Assembly (NCBI RefSeq): GCF_009914755.1
Contig: NC_060936.1
DNA: 64,000 nt
Direction: 5' to 3' (one strand)
Source of the DNA: the human T2T-CHM13v2.0 reference genome, Homo sapiens
The notes below the pieces were generated by a model. It had not been told where the DNA came from, did no database searches, and saw only the letters and a program-made list of their open reading frames with translations. Positions 53,219 through 64,000 of the stretch are shown here, in pieces; the stretch's first letter is position 1, and the number at the start of each line of letters is the position of its first letter. Position numbers and translations under genes: made by a program.

Positions 53219-53909
53219 TTTTTTAGGAGAGTTCACCAATTAATTGTCAACACTCCTGCCCCCTGCATTTTGGCCGAGGGGGGAAGGAGGGAAGACCAAA
53301 GAAAACAAACCAAAAAATAAATAAATAAAGCAAGCCAGAGCCGAGATCTACAAAGTTTTGCACCAACACTTAGGCAGATCCGTTTGCAAAGTCCTAGGAA
53401 ACCATTTTCAGCAGTTGTGGGGGGGGGGAGGCGTCGACGTCATAATCCCCGGAACGTAAACATTGTTGCCGATCGCGCTCGGAGCCCGCGGCCGGGCTAT
53501 TTGGGGGGGCTCTCGGCCCGGGCTTGGGGGGGTGGGGGCGGCGGCCCGAGGAGGTATGGGGCGGGGAGGGAGCCCGGGAGGCACCGGGCGCCGTTAGCGC
53601 CGTGGCATCGCTGTTTTGTTGTTGGGTCACGAGTGCGCCTCTGCACGCAGGCGCCGCCGCCGCCCGGGAGTTGTGTGCAGAGCTGACTTTTGGAGGGCCG
53701 AGTTGCAGGCGGCGGGCGCATCCCGGAGATGGCGGGGCAGGGAGGGAGGGAAGGAGGAGGGGGCGGGGAGGGAGGTGCAGATTTGCACGGCTGGCCTCAG
53801 CGGGAGGCGCGGAAATGCAAGCCGAGCATGCTGGCGTGAAAGCCCCCGGGGCCTGGCACCCCCAAAAACGACCCCCCACCTCCGTTCCTGCCCTCATTGC
53901 CCAGGGCTA

Positions 53910-54110
<201 letters not shown>

Positions 54111-54199
54111 TTAGCTCGGCTTCCATACCTATAAGGACTGCCTAACTTTTAAACTCCCGGCACTCAAAGATGTGGACACACACACGTACAGGAAATACA

Positions 54200-63433
<9,234 letters not shown>

Positions 63434-64000
63434 ATTGCCTCTTTGGATTGATGGACAAGTACTTTAACCAATGGAAATAAAAATCTAAGCATTACTTCAT
63501 CATACTCAATTGTGATTGGTTGACGATCCCCGAGGGAGGGCTCAGAGGGCTGGCAATTAACCCTTTCAGGGAAAATCAGGCCTTTTGCATTTATTTTATT
63601 TTAAAGTTGAAGTAGTAACAGATGAAAAGCCTACAAAAGTCCCCGGACTTTCAAATACCACATTTCAGTCTTAGCCCAGAAAGCAGGATTTCGCCCCACA
63701 AAGGAATAGTCAAGGACAAATTTCCTGGAGAAAAGTTTTGAACTTTTAGAACGGGGAATCCGCTGACCTCGCTGAGTAAGTGAGAAGGTTGATTCACTTT
63801 TTGTGCTGTTGGAACAGGGACCAGTGTTGGAGATGATTCCATTAATCTTGCGAAGTGATCAGTCACTGGGAGGATTGAATTGCATTTCCTGCCTAAAGAT
63901 AGAGACAGATGACCTTTGCTGCAGCCCTCAGACCCCCAGTTCACAGCTGGGGAGAGGATGTGTCAGCGTTTACTTTCAGGTCTCACCCTGCCCTTTGTTC

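Overview
Human (primate) genomic DNA, very Alu-rich, containing the 5' half of KDM2B (FBXL10/JHDM1B, the JmjC H3K36 demethylase and PRC1.1 subunit; chr12q24.31 from recall) on the minus strand. Coding exons 1-8 (aa 1-311) were located by hand with canonical GT-AG sites and consistent phases. An alternative first exon encodes MEAEKDSGRRL. A promoter CpG island lies at ~51.4-54.4 kb, with signs of a divergent lncRNA beyond it. A second, intragenic CpG island lies at ~10.2-11.5 kb in intron 6. The most notable observation is that this internal island contains an Inr-like element, an ATG ORF and a donor whose phase splices in frame to exon 7, predicting an intermediate KDM2B isoform with a new Gly/Ala/Arg-rich N-terminus and a truncated JmjC. 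The rest is Alu, L1, L2, MIR, MaLR and hAT repeats plus microsatellites. Nearly all ORFs in the supplied track are Alu-derived or GC-rich artefacts. Repeat boundaries and subfamilies are approximate, judged by eye.
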